From an uncultured Candidatus Saccharibacteria bacterium (lineage in GTDB: Bacteria; Patescibacteriota; Minisyncoccia; Phycocordibacterales; UBA5272), in contig CAZUPO010000001.1 of the NCBI GenBank assembly GCA_964621595.1, positions 78,758 through 142,757 of the forward strand: a stretch of DNA of 64,000 nt, written 5' to 3'. Under the pieces are notes generated by a model. The model did not search any database. It saw only the letters and a program-made list of their open reading frames with translations, and was not told the origin of the DNA. Both the position numbers and the translations under genes were made by a program. The stretch's first letter is position 1. Each line of letters begins with the position of its first letter. Shown here piece after piece: positions 38,166-47,213 of this stretch.

Positions 38166-39814
38166 AGTGTAAGACGTACCACTCGTATAGTCTCGTACGA
38201 ATACTTACCTTTAAGCAGGTCGTACACTGGGGAAAGTTTGTCACTTTTTGTTTTTGTAAATACTTTTTGTATTTCGGTAACTATTTTCTTAGACGGCATG
38301 ATATGTTTGAGTGGTATCTTTTTACCTTCACGCACAAGTGTTTCTAGGTGACCAATAATTGTCCCCTCTGACACATCACGAAGCACTGCAATTTCTTTGA
38401 TGGTGTGTCCTTCCTCTACCAGCAATCTCGTCTTTTCATGCGAAGGAACATGCATTCCTGTATCGCCATCTTCTGTATCCACCTCTTCTGCACTTCCACC
38501 AGAGGAGGTAAGAAATGACTCCTGGAGTGTAGAGAGTTCTTTGGCAGAATATTTTGCAATTGCTCCTTCGGCTTGTTTACTTTTTGCACGAAATGTACGG
38601 TCCATTTCAATCACATCCTCATGTATCATAAAAGCCTTGGCGTTAAATCCCTGTAAATACAAACCTTCAAGCGAGCGTAAGCGTGACAGCGCTACATACC
38701 CCTGCCCACTTGCAAATGTGCGCGTTAGATCAATCTCGGCACTATCAAGTGTCATACCCTGTGATTTATGCACGGTGATTGCCCATGCGAGTTTAAGGGG
38801 GATCTGGGTTACTTCAGCAAGTACTTTGCCATCTTCTTCTATTTTCCATGAATCTGCTTGCAAAGTAACACGTCGACCGTTTGTAAGATGGATTATTGGT
38901 GAACCGTCTTTACTAAATTCTGCAACTATACCCATGGATCCATTCACGTAACTTTTATCTTGTGCATTTTTAATACAAATCACTTTTGCTCCAACCTTAA
39001 GTGAAAGTGTTTGCTCTGCAAGAATGTTTTTCTTAAGTGTTTCTAGAGTGTGCGTCTTGCCGCGAGAAATCATCTCGTACACTCTCTCCTCACCATCCAA
39101 GAGATCAAATTCTCGCTTATTAATTGCATCTACATTTTCGTTATGAGTGTAAAGTTTTATGGATGATCTACTTTGTATATCTAAACGACTTTGCAATAAT
39201 TCATAATGCTCATCTTCTATATCCCCCTTACGTATTGCTTCTAGGATAGAAAGTAATCTCCCATCATCTTGTCTATATTGTTCCTCGAGATAGCAACATA
39301 CTGGCTTTGCCTCCTTCCATGCGTGTGAAGTAAAAGCATAAACATTCGTTGATTGCTCATCTTCTTGCGAGTACTTTACCACGGGTGGAAGTTGAAAAAA
39401 GTCTCCGGTAAAAACAACTTGTATACCACCAAATGATTTTTCATTTCGACGAAGATGCTTGAGGACCCTATCTAACATGTCGATAAAGTTCGCATGGAGC
39501 ATAGACACCTCGTCGATGATAAGTACTTGTGTGTCATTCACTCGTTTATAGAGAGATTGCTTTTCTTCAAGAGCGTCTAGATCTCGCGCAGAGAGAGACT
39601 CTTTGACACCAATACCACTCCACGAGTGAATAGTTGTCCCTCCGATATGAGTAGAAGCGATCCCTGTCGACGCAGTAAGAGTGTATCGCACACCGTGCGA
39701 TCGCAAGTATGATACATACTCACGGATGACGTGACTCTTCCCCGCCCCTGCAGGACCAGTTAAAAAGGTTGTATGCCCGAGTTTAAGAATGGAGAGCGCA
39801 GTATCTTGGGTCAT
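38162..39814 (-). CDS. PIF1/RecD-family ATP-dependent DNA helicase with C-terminal HTH
   Basis: Walker A LTGPAGAGKSHV, Walker B IIDEVSML, SF1 helicase motifs, C-terminal TIKEIAVLRDVSEGTIIGHL HTH. Confidence 0.7.
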   Translation of the reverse strand: MTQDTALSILKLGHTTFLTGPAGAGKSHVIREYVSYLRSHGVRYTLTASTGIASTHIGGTTIHSWSGIGVKESLSARDLDALEEKQSLYKRVNDTQVLIIDEVSMLHANFIDMLDRVLKHLRRNEKSFGGIQVVFTGDFFQLPPVVKYSQEDEQSTNVYAFTSHAWKEAKPVCCYLEEQYRQDDGRLLSILEAIRKGDIEDEHYELLQSRLDIQSRSSIKLYTHNENVDAINKREFDLLDGEERVYEMISRGKTHTLETLKKNILAEQTLSLKVGAKVICIKNAQDKSYVNGSMGIVAEFSKDGSPIIHLTNGRRVTLQADSWKIEEDGKVLAEVTQIPLKLAWAITVHKSQGMTLDSAEIDLTRTFASGQGYVALSRLRSLEGLYLQGFNAKAFMIHEDVIEMDRTFRAKSKQAEGAIAKYSAKELSTLQESFLTSSGGSAEEVDTEDGDTGMHVPSHEKTRLLVEEGHTIKEIAVLRDVSEGTIIGHLETLVREGKKIPLKHIMPSKKIVTEIQKVFTKTKSDKLSPVYDLLKGKYSYETIRVVRLTL

Positions 39815-39877
39815 GTGTAGAAGTTAGAAGATAGTATACAGGAAATTAGAAATCTGCCGATTGGGACAGGTGCTAGT

Positions 39878-39918
39878 GAAATCCAAAGAGCGCGTGCGAA
39901 GCACGCGCTCTTTGGATT
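39878..39918. terminator. 19-bp perfect hairpin downstream of ftsX
   Basis: AAATCCAAAGAGCGCGTGC-gaa-GCACGCGCTCTTTGGATTT. Confidence 0.5.
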
Positions 39919-39965
39919 TCGTATCTACTATTCCCCAGTTCCTACCACCTGTAACCTGCCCCCTG

Positions 39966-40892
39966 TTACACCTTCAAATACTTTCTTACAGCGAGTAGCG
40001 ACGAAACAACAGAAAGAATAACACCAGAACCAAGGAGAAGTAACGTGAGCGAGAAGAAGTGACTCATGAAATACGCATGAATATTCATCCCCTCAAAAAA
40101 GAACACTGTCTTTTTGGTGATATACATAGTTGCTGGATAAAAAATAATGAGTGTGATTGCTGTTGCTACTACAGAATAGAGAACTGATTCGACAACAAAT
40201 GGACCACGAATGAACATATTTGATGCACCTACAAGTTTCATGACTGCGATTTCATCACGATACACGAAAATAGCGAGACGAATGGTGTTATACACGATCA
40301 TACAACTCATAATAATGAACAAGATGGAGAGCCAGAATCCGACAGTATTGGTCCAACCTATGATGTTATTTAATTTATCAATACTATCTTTTAGTTGGTA
40401 ATAGTTAATCTTATCCACCGCACTTGCCTGATCCCCAAGAAGTCCAGACCCTGTTGTAAGTTGTTTTGCGATTGCTTCGTACTGTGACGTATCCTTGGCA
40501 ACAATTGAAAGAGATGCCCCGAATGGATTCTCTCCAAGTTCGTCGAGTGCCTGGAGAGTTAACTGATCACCCTCGTGACGTTTTTTGAAATCAGCGAGCG
40601 CTTGATCCCGTGTTGTTAGTTCTGCAGACTTTACTTGTGAAAGACCTCGGAGTTTTGCTTGAATGTCTTTTATTTGATCATCTGTTGCGTCCACTGTGAA
40701 GTACACACGCACGTCTACTTTTTCTTTTATCTGGTCTAGTGTGTAATCAAAAATTGCTCGTGCTAAGTAGAATGATGCAATGATCGAAAGTGTAATAGTG
40801 AGAATAAAAATAGACGAAAGAGAAACCGTCTTGTTGCGATAGAATCCTCGCAACCCTGCTACCAACACTCGTTTCCAAATAGACTTTTTCAT
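39966..40892 (-). CDS. ftsX: cell division ABC transporter permease FtsX
   Basis: 4-TM FtsX topology with large first extracytoplasmic loop; immediately downstream of ftsE. Confidence 0.75.
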   Translation of the reverse strand: MKKSIWKRVLVAGLRGFYRNKTVSLSSIFILTITLSIIASFYLARAIFDYTLDQIKEKVDVRVYFTVDATDDQIKDIQAKLRGLSQVKSAELTTRDQALADFKKRHEGDQLTLQALDELGENPFGASLSIVAKDTSQYEAIAKQLTTGSGLLGDQASAVDKINYYQLKDSIDKLNNIIGWTNTVGFWLSILFIIMSCMIVYNTIRLAIFVYRDEIAVMKLVGASNMFIRGPFVVESVLYSVVATAITLIIFYPATMYITKKTVFFFEGMNIHAYFMSHFFSLTLLLLGSGVILSVVSSLLAVRKYLKV

Positions 40893-40897
40893 AATAA

Positions 40898-41578
40898 TTA
40901 CATTGTAAATCGGCCAGACTTCTGATCACGAACAACTCTACCATCTTCCATAGTGATCACCCTTCGACCGAGATTATCAACAATCCCCTTATTGTGGGTT
41001 GTGAGTATCACTGTTGTACCAAGATCATTAATCTTTTTTAAAATCTGAACAATATCGTACGTATTAAGAGGGTCGAGGTTTCCAGTCGGTTCATCAGCGA
41101 TAATAACTTCTGGTCGATTGATGATTGCACGTGCAATCGCCACACGCTGTTGTTCACCGCCGGAGAGCTGGTGAGGGAAGTGATGCATTTTATTTTTCAA
41201 ATCGACGAGATCAAGTACGTGTGGAACATCTTCTGATATTTCATCATCATGGCGACCGGCAGCCTCCATTGCAAATGCCACGTTTTCGTATGCTGTTTTA
41301 TTTGGGATAAGGCGAAAATCTTGGAATACTACCCCGACTTTGCGTCGATAGTTTGTCATATCCTTTCCACGCAACTCATGAATGTTATCAGAATTGAATG
41401 ATACAACGCCCTCTGTTGGCTCTTCTTCAGCCAAAAGCAGTTTAATGAGAGTTGTTTTCCCAGCACCAGAGTGACCGACAATAGAGACAAGCTCCCCTTT
41501 GTTTACAACCAGGGAGACATTGTCGAGAACCTTGTTACCATTTTCGTATTCCTTAGATACTCGGTCAAAGTAAAGCAT
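40898..41578 (-). CDS. ftsE: cell division ABC transporter ATP-binding protein FtsE
   Basis: Walker [13 protein letters not shown] signature [14 protein letters not shown], Walker [12 protein letters not shown]; start [11 protein letters not shown] at 41578. Confidence 0.85.
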   Translation of the reverse strand: MLYFDRVSKEYENGNKVLDNVSLVVNKGELVSIVGHSGAGKTTLIKLLLAEEEPTEGVVSFNSDNIHELRGKDMTNYRRKVGVVFQDFRLIPNKTAYENVAFAMEAAGRHDDEISEDVPHVLDLVDLKNKMHHFPHQLSGGEQQRVAIARAIINRPEVIIADEPTGNLDPLNTYDIVQILKKINDLGTTVILTTHNKGIVDNLGRRVITMEDGRVVRDQKSGRFTM

Positions 41579-41617
41579 GAAAATAGTGTACCACACATCT
41601 ATGCTATGTTTGTGAAT

Positions 41618-41659
41618 AAAAATGGTTAACGCCGCGACCCCCTTGCGAGAATCGCGGCG
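41618..41659 (-). terminator. GC-rich hairpin terminator for 41702-42190 gene
   Basis: CGCCGCGA...TCGCGGCG stem followed by T-run on minus strand; shares CCCCTTGCG core with terminator at 42303-42334. Confidence 0.55.
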
Positions 41660-41701
41660 CATTGCGTAAACGGGCTCCTCCAGTGCCCAAAAAGAGAACT
41701 T

Positions 41702-42190
41702 TTAGATCTTTATCTGCTGATCCCAAGTAGTCGCCCAGAAATTGGGTGACCTCATGGAGTCCAAAAGACCCTGTTGAAGCAACTCGAACACCTTGGATAC
41801 GGCGACGAGTTTGTACTTGCGGCCGGGCACATGAGGATACGGATCGCGTATCACCATGTAGATCACCTTGATCCGCTCCTGGATGGGAACGTCCTCGCCA
41901 GCATGTAGCAAGAGGCAAAGGACATAATCGACGGCGATCCCTTTCCGCTTGATCTCCAATTCGATCCGCGGGTGCACGTATCCCTCCGGGCGATCAACGA
42001 GGAAGGAGTCACTGAGGCCACGCTCTTCTAGTTGCTTGAGCGCATAGCAGAGGAGACTGCTCAGTCCGAGTGAGAAGGTACGGTCGAACTTGCTCAGCAC
42101 CTTATCGCCCATCGGACGACGATTGATCACCTCCACTCCCTCGCCGCCCGAGAAAAATTCCCGCGGGAGGCGTTGATGGTTCATGTACAT
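41702..42190 (-). CDS. high-GC island protein A (unknown family; paralog of next gene)
   Basis: 162 aa ORF in ~58% GC DNA; shares P-x-EFF...G(V/I)(E/D)V N-terminus, I.LEI.R block and FW..W(D/E) C-terminus with 42353-42961 product. Confidence 0.5.
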   Translation of the reverse strand: MYMNHQRLPREFFSGGEGVEVINRRPMGDKVLSKFDRTFSLGLSSLLCYALKQLEERGLSDSFLVDRPEGYVHPRIELEIKRKGIAVDYVLCLLLHAGEDVPIQERIKVIYMVIRDPYPHVPGRKYKLVAVSKVFELLQQGLLDSMRSPNFWATTWDQQIKI

Positions 42191-42302
42191 AATTCACCTC
42201 ACGGGGTTACGGGTTGGTGGGAAAAACGAACTACACCTGACTACAAAACTACCCCAACTTGTACGTGAAGTCAACGGCACTGGATACTTACCAGAGAATT
42301 TC

Positions 42303-42334
42303 AAAACGCCGCATCCCCTTGCGGGGGCGCGGCG
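42303..42334 (-). terminator. GC-rich hairpin terminator for 42353-42961 gene
   Basis: CGCCGCATCCCC-ttgc-GGGGGCGCGGCG followed by TTTT on minus strand. Confidence 0.55.
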
Positions 42335-42352
42335 TTCTTCTGGTCCTGCTGG

Positions 42353-42961
42353 TCAGACTGCGACCGTTTCTTCCCAGTGGAACCAGAACGTCTGTTGCTC
42401 TCTTCCCAATCGCGCAAGGTACGCGAGCACGTGATCGGTGCGACAACCATTAATCGCCTCACGCTCATGTATCGAGAGGCTCCGCGACACCCCGATCACG
42501 GTGTACGGATGGAGGCGCGACTTCTGCGCTGGCGCGGAATCATCGCCCACTCGACGCGGAGGATCTTCGCGAACCAGCGAAAGATAGTGAACGGAGAGAT
42601 GCATGTGGTGATCGGCGTAGAACACGTGATACAACCGATCCACGACATCGCCCCGTACGATCTCCAGGTGAATCTCGTCATAGAACTCGAGATCGTTATA
42701 CCTCCTGGTGATGTACCAGTCCACCTGCTTTTCGATGATCGGGCAGACTTCGCGAGCGATGTGCAACTGGGAGCCATTCATTGAGCGGATGGAAGGGTTG
42801 TTGCTCACGGGTTCAGTGGACGGGTTGCTACCACCCGACGTCGCGTGTGCGCGCTTGAAGAGGCCGGGTCTCACGACATCGATTCCGTCGCGGAGGGTGA
42901 AGAACTCGTTGGGCATAGGCATGGCGGCATCCTTTTCTGGTGTTGACCTAATCGCAACCAT
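42353..42961 (-). CDS. high-GC island protein B (unknown family; paralog of 41702-42190)
   Basis: 202 aa ORF, likely start MPMPNEFF (~42922) after GGA SD-like; see paralog evidence. Confidence 0.5.
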   Translation of the reverse strand: MVAIRSTPEKDAAMPMPNEFFTLRDGIDVVRPGLFKRAHATSGGSNPSTEPVSNNPSIRSMNGSQLHIAREVCPIIEKQVDWYITRRYNDLEFYDEIHLEIVRGDVVDRLYHVFYADHHMHLSVHYLSLVREDPPRRVGDDSAPAQKSRLHPYTVIGVSRSLSIHEREAINGCRTDHVLAYLARLGREQQTFWFHWEETVAV

Positions 42962-43058
42962 TCGCGCAGGATGTGCGAGAGGTGCAATTTGATCAGAGGT
43001 TGGTGGAACTGCTTACTATACAAACTACCAAAAAATAGGCCCAAGATCAAACGACACC

Positions 43059-43937
43059 TTACGCGAGCATGCGCTCTGCCTCGATGAACTCATCAAGTTC
43101 CCCCTTTTCAAGTACAGCCTCTACATTACTTGTTTCCACATCAGTACGGTGATCCTTTACCATTTTGTATGGATGAAGAACATAGGAGCGAATCTGATTC
43201 CCCCACTCGATCTCGGTTGTCTTTGCAACTGATAATCCTTCCAACTCTTTCTTGCGACGATCCTCTTCTAGGGTAAATAATTTTGCTTGTAATACTTCGA
43301 GTGCTTTCTGTTTATTTTGTTCTTGATGTCTCTCTGTTGCGATCGATACTGCTATGTTTGTTGGTATGTGTACTATTCGCACCGCTGTCTCACGTTTGTT
43401 AACATTTTGCCCTCCTGGACCACTGGCACGAGAAGTTTCTACACGTAATTCATCGGGAGGAATAACTTTTCTTTCTTGTGGCGGAATGATGGGCAACACC
43501 TCCACAAGAGCAAATGATGTATGTCGCTTTGCTTGTGCATTAAACGGAGAAATACGTACCAATCTATGTACACCACTTTCTTTTTTTAACATCCCATATA
43601 CACCGCTACCGTGTATCTCTATGGTTACGTTACGATAACCACCGTGATCATTTGTATGTTCATGAAGTATTGAGCGAGTAAACCCTTTGCGTGCACAGAG
43701 TGCTTCGTACATCCGAAGTAGCATCAGGGCAAAGTCCTCGCTATCATCTCCCCCGGCACCTGCCAAGATAGAAAGTACAGCCCCGCCTTTGTCGATAGCA
43801 CTTACCCCATCTCGTTTTTCTTTTAATTGTTTTATTGTTTTTATAACCTCTTGTGCATGATCCTTGTCATTCCAAAAGGAGACCTCGTTCATCTGTGCTT
43901 CAAGTTCCGCAATCTGTTCATCAATCGTTTTATCCAT
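43059..43937 (-). CDS. prfB: peptide chain release factor 2 (short N-terminal domain, no frameshift evident)
   Basis: SPF tripeptide (RISPFNAQ) and GGQ motif (SGPGGQNVNK); 292 aa. Confidence 0.8.
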   Translation of the reverse strand: MDKTIDEQIAELEAQMNEVSFWNDKDHAQEVIKTIKQLKEKRDGVSAIDKGGAVLSILAGAGGDDSEDFALMLLRMYEALCARKGFTRSILHEHTNDHGGYRNVTIEIHGSGVYGMLKKESGVHRLVRISPFNAQAKRHTSFALVEVLPIIPPQERKVIPPDELRVETSRASGPGGQNVNKRETAVRIVHIPTNIAVSIATERHQEQNKQKALEVLQAKLFTLEEDRRKKELEGLSVAKTTEIEWGNQIRSYVLHPYKMVKDHRTDVETSNVEAVLEKGELDEFIEAERMLA

Positions 43938-44050
43938 GGTAGTTAAGTATTCTACAGTATATCAAATCGTGCTAAGGGGTAGGTTTACCAACAGAATACA
44001 CGTTGCGTATATCGAAACTCTTTGTATACTAAAAACATTCACGAAAATTA

Positions 44051-45091
44051 TTGCATAAGAAGCACGATACACATATGGTTGCACACACTGCGCGAAAACA
44101 ACTAAAAACATCTGCACAAAAGAAACGTACGTCTTCAAAAACTCGTAAAGGTATTCTCCTTGCTGCTGGCAAAGGTACACGTCTCCATCCGATGACCCTT
44201 GCTGTGAGTAAACAACTGATACCGATCTACGACAAACCAATGATCTACTACCCCCTTTCACTATTCTTGCATGCCGGTGTACGAGACATTCTTCTTATCA
44301 TTGATCCGTCTGACATGCTAACCTACAAAAACATTTTAGGAGACGGGTCACGCTTTGGGGTGAAACTTTCCTACGAAGTACAAATAGAAAAGAAAGGTAT
44401 CGCTGACGCATTTATTATCGCAGAGAAGTTTCTTGATGGATCGCCGTCATGCCTTATCCTGGGTGATAATCTTTTGGTAGGAAAAGATCTTCACAAAACT
44501 CTGGAATCAGCACACAAAGCAAACAAGACTGGTGCTCTTATATTCGGATACAAAGTTCCTGATCCTGAAAGATTTGGAGTTGTGACATTTGATAAAAAAG
44601 GCAAAGTAATATCTCTTGTAGAAAAACCAGAGAACCCAACCTCTCCATATGCTGTAACTGGAATTTATTTCTACGACAACCAAGCACCACGTCTTGCCAA
44701 AAAACTCTCCCCTTCTCCTCGTGGAGAACTAGAAATCACCGATCTAAACAAACTATACCTTGAAGAAGGCAACCTTTCTGTTATCAATTTTCCAGAGCAT
44801 ACAAAATGGTTCGATACTGGTACATACGACACACTTCTAGAGGCTTCCAACTATATTCAACAAGAACAAAAAAGGACCGGGATACCAATCGCACACATTG
44901 AGAGCATTGCATACCACAGAAACTATATTACCAAAGATACACTCACCCAATCAGCAAAGAAATTTTCAAAAACATCTTACGGTGCACACCTACTAGATTT
45001 GTTACAACAAAAAAAGAAGACTTCGAAACACACAACAGTAAAAGTAAAGAAAAAAGTGTCGAAAAATAAAGTTACTAAGAAAAAGAAGTAG
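44051..45091 (+). CDS. rmlA: glucose-1-phosphate thymidylyltransferase-like sugar nucleotidyltransferase with Lys-rich N/C tails
   Basis: GILLAAGKGTRLHPMT...KQLIPIYDKPMIYYPLS matches RmlA/RfbA N-terminus; K-rich extensions at both ends. Confidence 0.7.
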   Translation: MHKKHDTHMVAHTARKQLKTSAQKKRTSSKTRKGILLAAGKGTRLHPMTLAVSKQLIPIYDKPMIYYPLSLFLHAGVRDILLIIDPSDMLTYKNILGDGSRFGVKLSYEVQIEKKGIADAFIIAEKFLDGSPSCLILGDNLLVGKDLHKTLESAHKANKTGALIFGYKVPDPERFGVVTFDKKGKVISLVEKPENPTSPYAVTGIYFYDNQAPRLAKKLSPSPRGELEITDLNKLYLEEGNLSVINFPEHTKWFDTGTYDTLLEASNYIQQEQKRTGIPIAHIESIAYHRNYITKDTLTQSAKKFSKTSYGAHLLDLLQQKKKTSKHTTVKVKKKVSKNKVTKKKK

Positions 45092-45095
45092 AACA

Positions 45096-45115
45096 CCCCG
45101 GCCTCACGGCCGGGG
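45096..45115. terminator. bidirectional hairpin CCCCGGCC-tcac-GGCCGGGG between convergent rmlA and wHTH gene
   Basis: Perfect 8-bp GC stem abutting both stop codons. Confidence 0.55.
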
Positions 45116-45493
45116 TTACTTCTTGCGGGTACGCAAACGTTCCAGGAGCACACGGCCCCAGGCTCGTATTCCCCTCACCTCCTCCCTTTTTTTCCTCTCC
45201 TCTCGAGTTATGACCTTTTCGCGTCCGCGGGACGTTATCTTGAAGACAACGAAACGCCCCTTCTCTCCGGTATAGTTCCTTACCACATCCCCCGAGGTCC
45301 TCAACTCCTCGAGTTCCCGGAGGAACGAGTTGCGTGGCGGTGACAAAACGATGACACTACCGCCATTTCGATCTTCTGCACTATGCTTTTGCGGGGGTCG
45401 TTCTTGTTCATAGTCCGCGATGAGTTCGTCCACGGAAAGACCTTGACCCTCCCTTGCCAGCAAGCGCAGAAGGACGATTTGAATCTGCTTCAT
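45116..45493 (-). CDS. winged-helix DNA-binding protein (hypothetical regulator), high-GC
   Basis: 125 aa; MKQIQIVLLRLLAREGQGLSVDELIADY HTH-like start, basic C-terminus; GC-rich codon usage. Confidence 0.4.
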   Translation of the reverse strand: MKQIQIVLLRLLAREGQGLSVDELIADYEQERPPQKHSAEDRNGGSVIVLSPPRNSFLRELEELRTSGDVVRNYTGEKGRFVVFKITSRGREKVITREERKKREEVRGIRAWGRVLLERLRTRKK

Positions 45494-45601
45494 CTTTGTC
45501 CTCCCAGGATGTACAAGCGAACCTAATCATACCAAAAAATACTAGATTGTCGACCCTTACTTATAAAACAGTTTGTCTTGCTAAAAAGTATCTTTCTCTT
45601 T

Positions 45602-45674
45602 GAGCCAGAGGGCGGGATCGAACCGCCGACCTTTTCGTTACGAGTGAAATGCTCTACCAACTGAGCTACTCTGG
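45602..45674 (-). tRNA. tRNA-Thr (anticodon CGU)
   Basis: Revcomp folds: acceptor GCCAGAG/CTCTGGC, D-arm GCTC/GAGC, anticodon loop CTCGTAA, T-arm GGCGG-TTCGATC-CCGCC. Confidence 0.85.
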
Positions 45675-45720
45675 CTTTTTATTGTCGTACTATTGTACTA
45701 GTATTTTAATTTCATCACAA

Positions 45721-45744
45721 GAAAAGGCTGCGCAAGCAGCCTTT
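45721..45744. terminator. hairpin AAAAGGCTGC-gcaa-GCAGCCTTTT
   Basis: Perfect stem with A/T runs on both sides. Confidence 0.5.
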
Positions 45745-45760
45745 TCCACGAAGACGAACA

Positions 45761-45988
45761 TCAGTGTTGCGACGCGAAGCGCTGCAATGCCAGCACCTCT
45801 GCAGGCCCGAGATCTCGTGGCGATGCGCCGATATGTTCTGGCGTACCGACATGCAGAGCGTGAATCATCGGAGCGCAGAATCTCTCCACCGCACGCTGAC
45901 ATTCAACGCTGTGCACAGGTGCATCGTTTTTCGGACTGGAGATCCTGCCCGACAGTGACGCCTGTGCAGCAAACATGAAATCTTGCAT
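45761..45988 (-). CDS. possible small ORF in high-GC segment (coding status uncertain)
   Basis: 75 aa ORF; several overlapping ORFs on both strands in this ~60% GC stretch, so frame choice is weak. Confidence 0.2.
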   Translation of the reverse strand: MQDFMFAAQASLSGRISSPKNDAPVHSVECQRAVERFCAPMIHALHVGTPEHIGASPRDLGPAEVLALQRFASQH

Positions 45989-46053
45989 GGTGCGACCCTC
46001 CTCAAATCGTGGAATAAGAAGATTCTAGAACCTTGCGCAGTCAAAGTCAATCT

Positions 46054-47178
46054 CTACTGTAAATACTTCTTTCCTTTCAACTTCTCTGGAAGTAGACTTT
46101 CTGTATCATACATTTCGTAATCTTTCCCATACTCCAACTCTTTCATAAGGTTCGTTGGTGCATTGCGAATTTTTAAGGGAACAGGAAGATTACCATACTT
46201 TGCAACATCTGCCTGTGCAGCACGGAGTGCATTGTATGCGCGTCTATCTTTCTTACATTGTGCAAGATATGCGGCGCCATGAGAGAGATTAATAGCACAC
46301 TCTGGATATCCTATGGTCTCAACCGCACGAAATACTTCATTGGCAACAACAAGTGCTGTCGGTTGTGCAAGGCCGACATCTTCACTCGCAAACACCACCA
46401 TTCTTCGTGCAATAAACTTTGGGTCTTCCCCCGCCTCAACCATACGCGCAAGGTAGTAAATAGCAGCATCCGCGTCCCCCGCTCGCATGCTTTTTATAAA
46501 TGCGGAAATAGTATTGTAATGCTCTTCTCCTTTTTTATCATAACGAAGATGTTTTGATTGCAATGCTTCTTTCAGAGAATCAACTGTTACTTTTCCATAG
46601 AGTTCTTGCGCGCCTTCGATGAGAGTAAGAGCAGAGCGTGCGTCACCACTTGATGCTTCGATAACCCACCCCAGGGTATCCTTATTCATTTTTATTTTAG
46701 AGCGCTTGAGTATTGTTTCCATGTCTTTCGGAGAGAGTTCGTGAAGAGTAAACACTCGCGTGCGGGAAAGGAGTGCACTAATGACTTCAAATGATGGATT
46801 CTCTGTTGTCGCGCCAATCAAAATAAGTTCCCCACTCTCAACAAATGGAAGAAGGAAGTCTTGCTGCGATTTATTAAAACGATGAATTTCATCAAGAAAC
46901 AAAATTTTTGGCAACTCACTCGTTTCTTCTACAATCTTTCGTATGTCATCTTTTCCTGCAGAAACCGCGGAGAGTTCGTAATACGTGCCACCAAGGGCTT
47001 GTGCGTAGATGCGTGCAAGAGTAGTCTTCCCTACCCCAGGTGGTCCCCAGAGGATAAAAGAAAATACATGTTTCTTTTCAATGGCAATACGAAGTGGCTT
47101 ACCAACACCCACAAGGTGGTCTTGTCCGACAAAATCATCGAGTATCTCTGGTCTAATGCGTGAGGCAAGTGGTTCCAT
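46054..47178 (-). CDS. rarA: replication-associated recombination protein A (AAA+ ATPase RarA/MgsA)
   Basis: Walker [14 protein letters not shown], Walker [12 protein letters not shown], RarA C-terminal helical domain; start [10 protein letters not shown] at 47178. Confidence 0.8.
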   Translation of the reverse strand: MEPLASRIRPEILDDFVGQDHLVGVGKPLRIAIEKKHVFSFILWGPPGVGKTTLARIYAQALGGTYYELSAVSAGKDDIRKIVEETSELPKILFLDEIHRFNKSQQDFLLPFVESGELILIGATTENPSFEVISALLSRTRVFTLHELSPKDMETILKRSKIKMNKDTLGWVIEASSGDARSALTLIEGAQELYGKVTVDSLKEALQSKHLRYDKKGEEHYNTISAFIKSMRAGDADAAIYYLARMVEAGEDPKFIARRMVVFASEDVGLAQPTALVVANEVFRAVETIGYPECAINLSHGAAYLAQCKKDRRAYNALRAAQADVAKYGNLPVPLKIRNAPTNLMKELEYGKDYEMYDTESLLPEKLKGKKYLQ

Positions 47179-47213
47179 AATTAACCTTATAGTAGCATGC
47201 CTAAGAACACGAA

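Noticed and set aside
43938-44050. Search for prfB +1 frameshift site
   Set aside because: No upstream ORF in the -1 phase ending in a CUU-UGA-like motif. The only TGA is in the main frame, so no frameshift is called.
45649-45978. 109-aa plus-strand ORF
   Set aside because: It overlaps tRNA-Thr(CGU) on the opposite strand and lies in high-GC DNA where long random ORFs are expected.
45700-46050. RNase P RNA / tmRNA / SRP RNA in the GC-rich segment
   Set aside because: I looked for the conserved P4 AGGAAAGUCCGG, the tmRNA T-arm/CCA end and the SRP domain IV motif. None was found by eye. It is left as unexplained in the findings.
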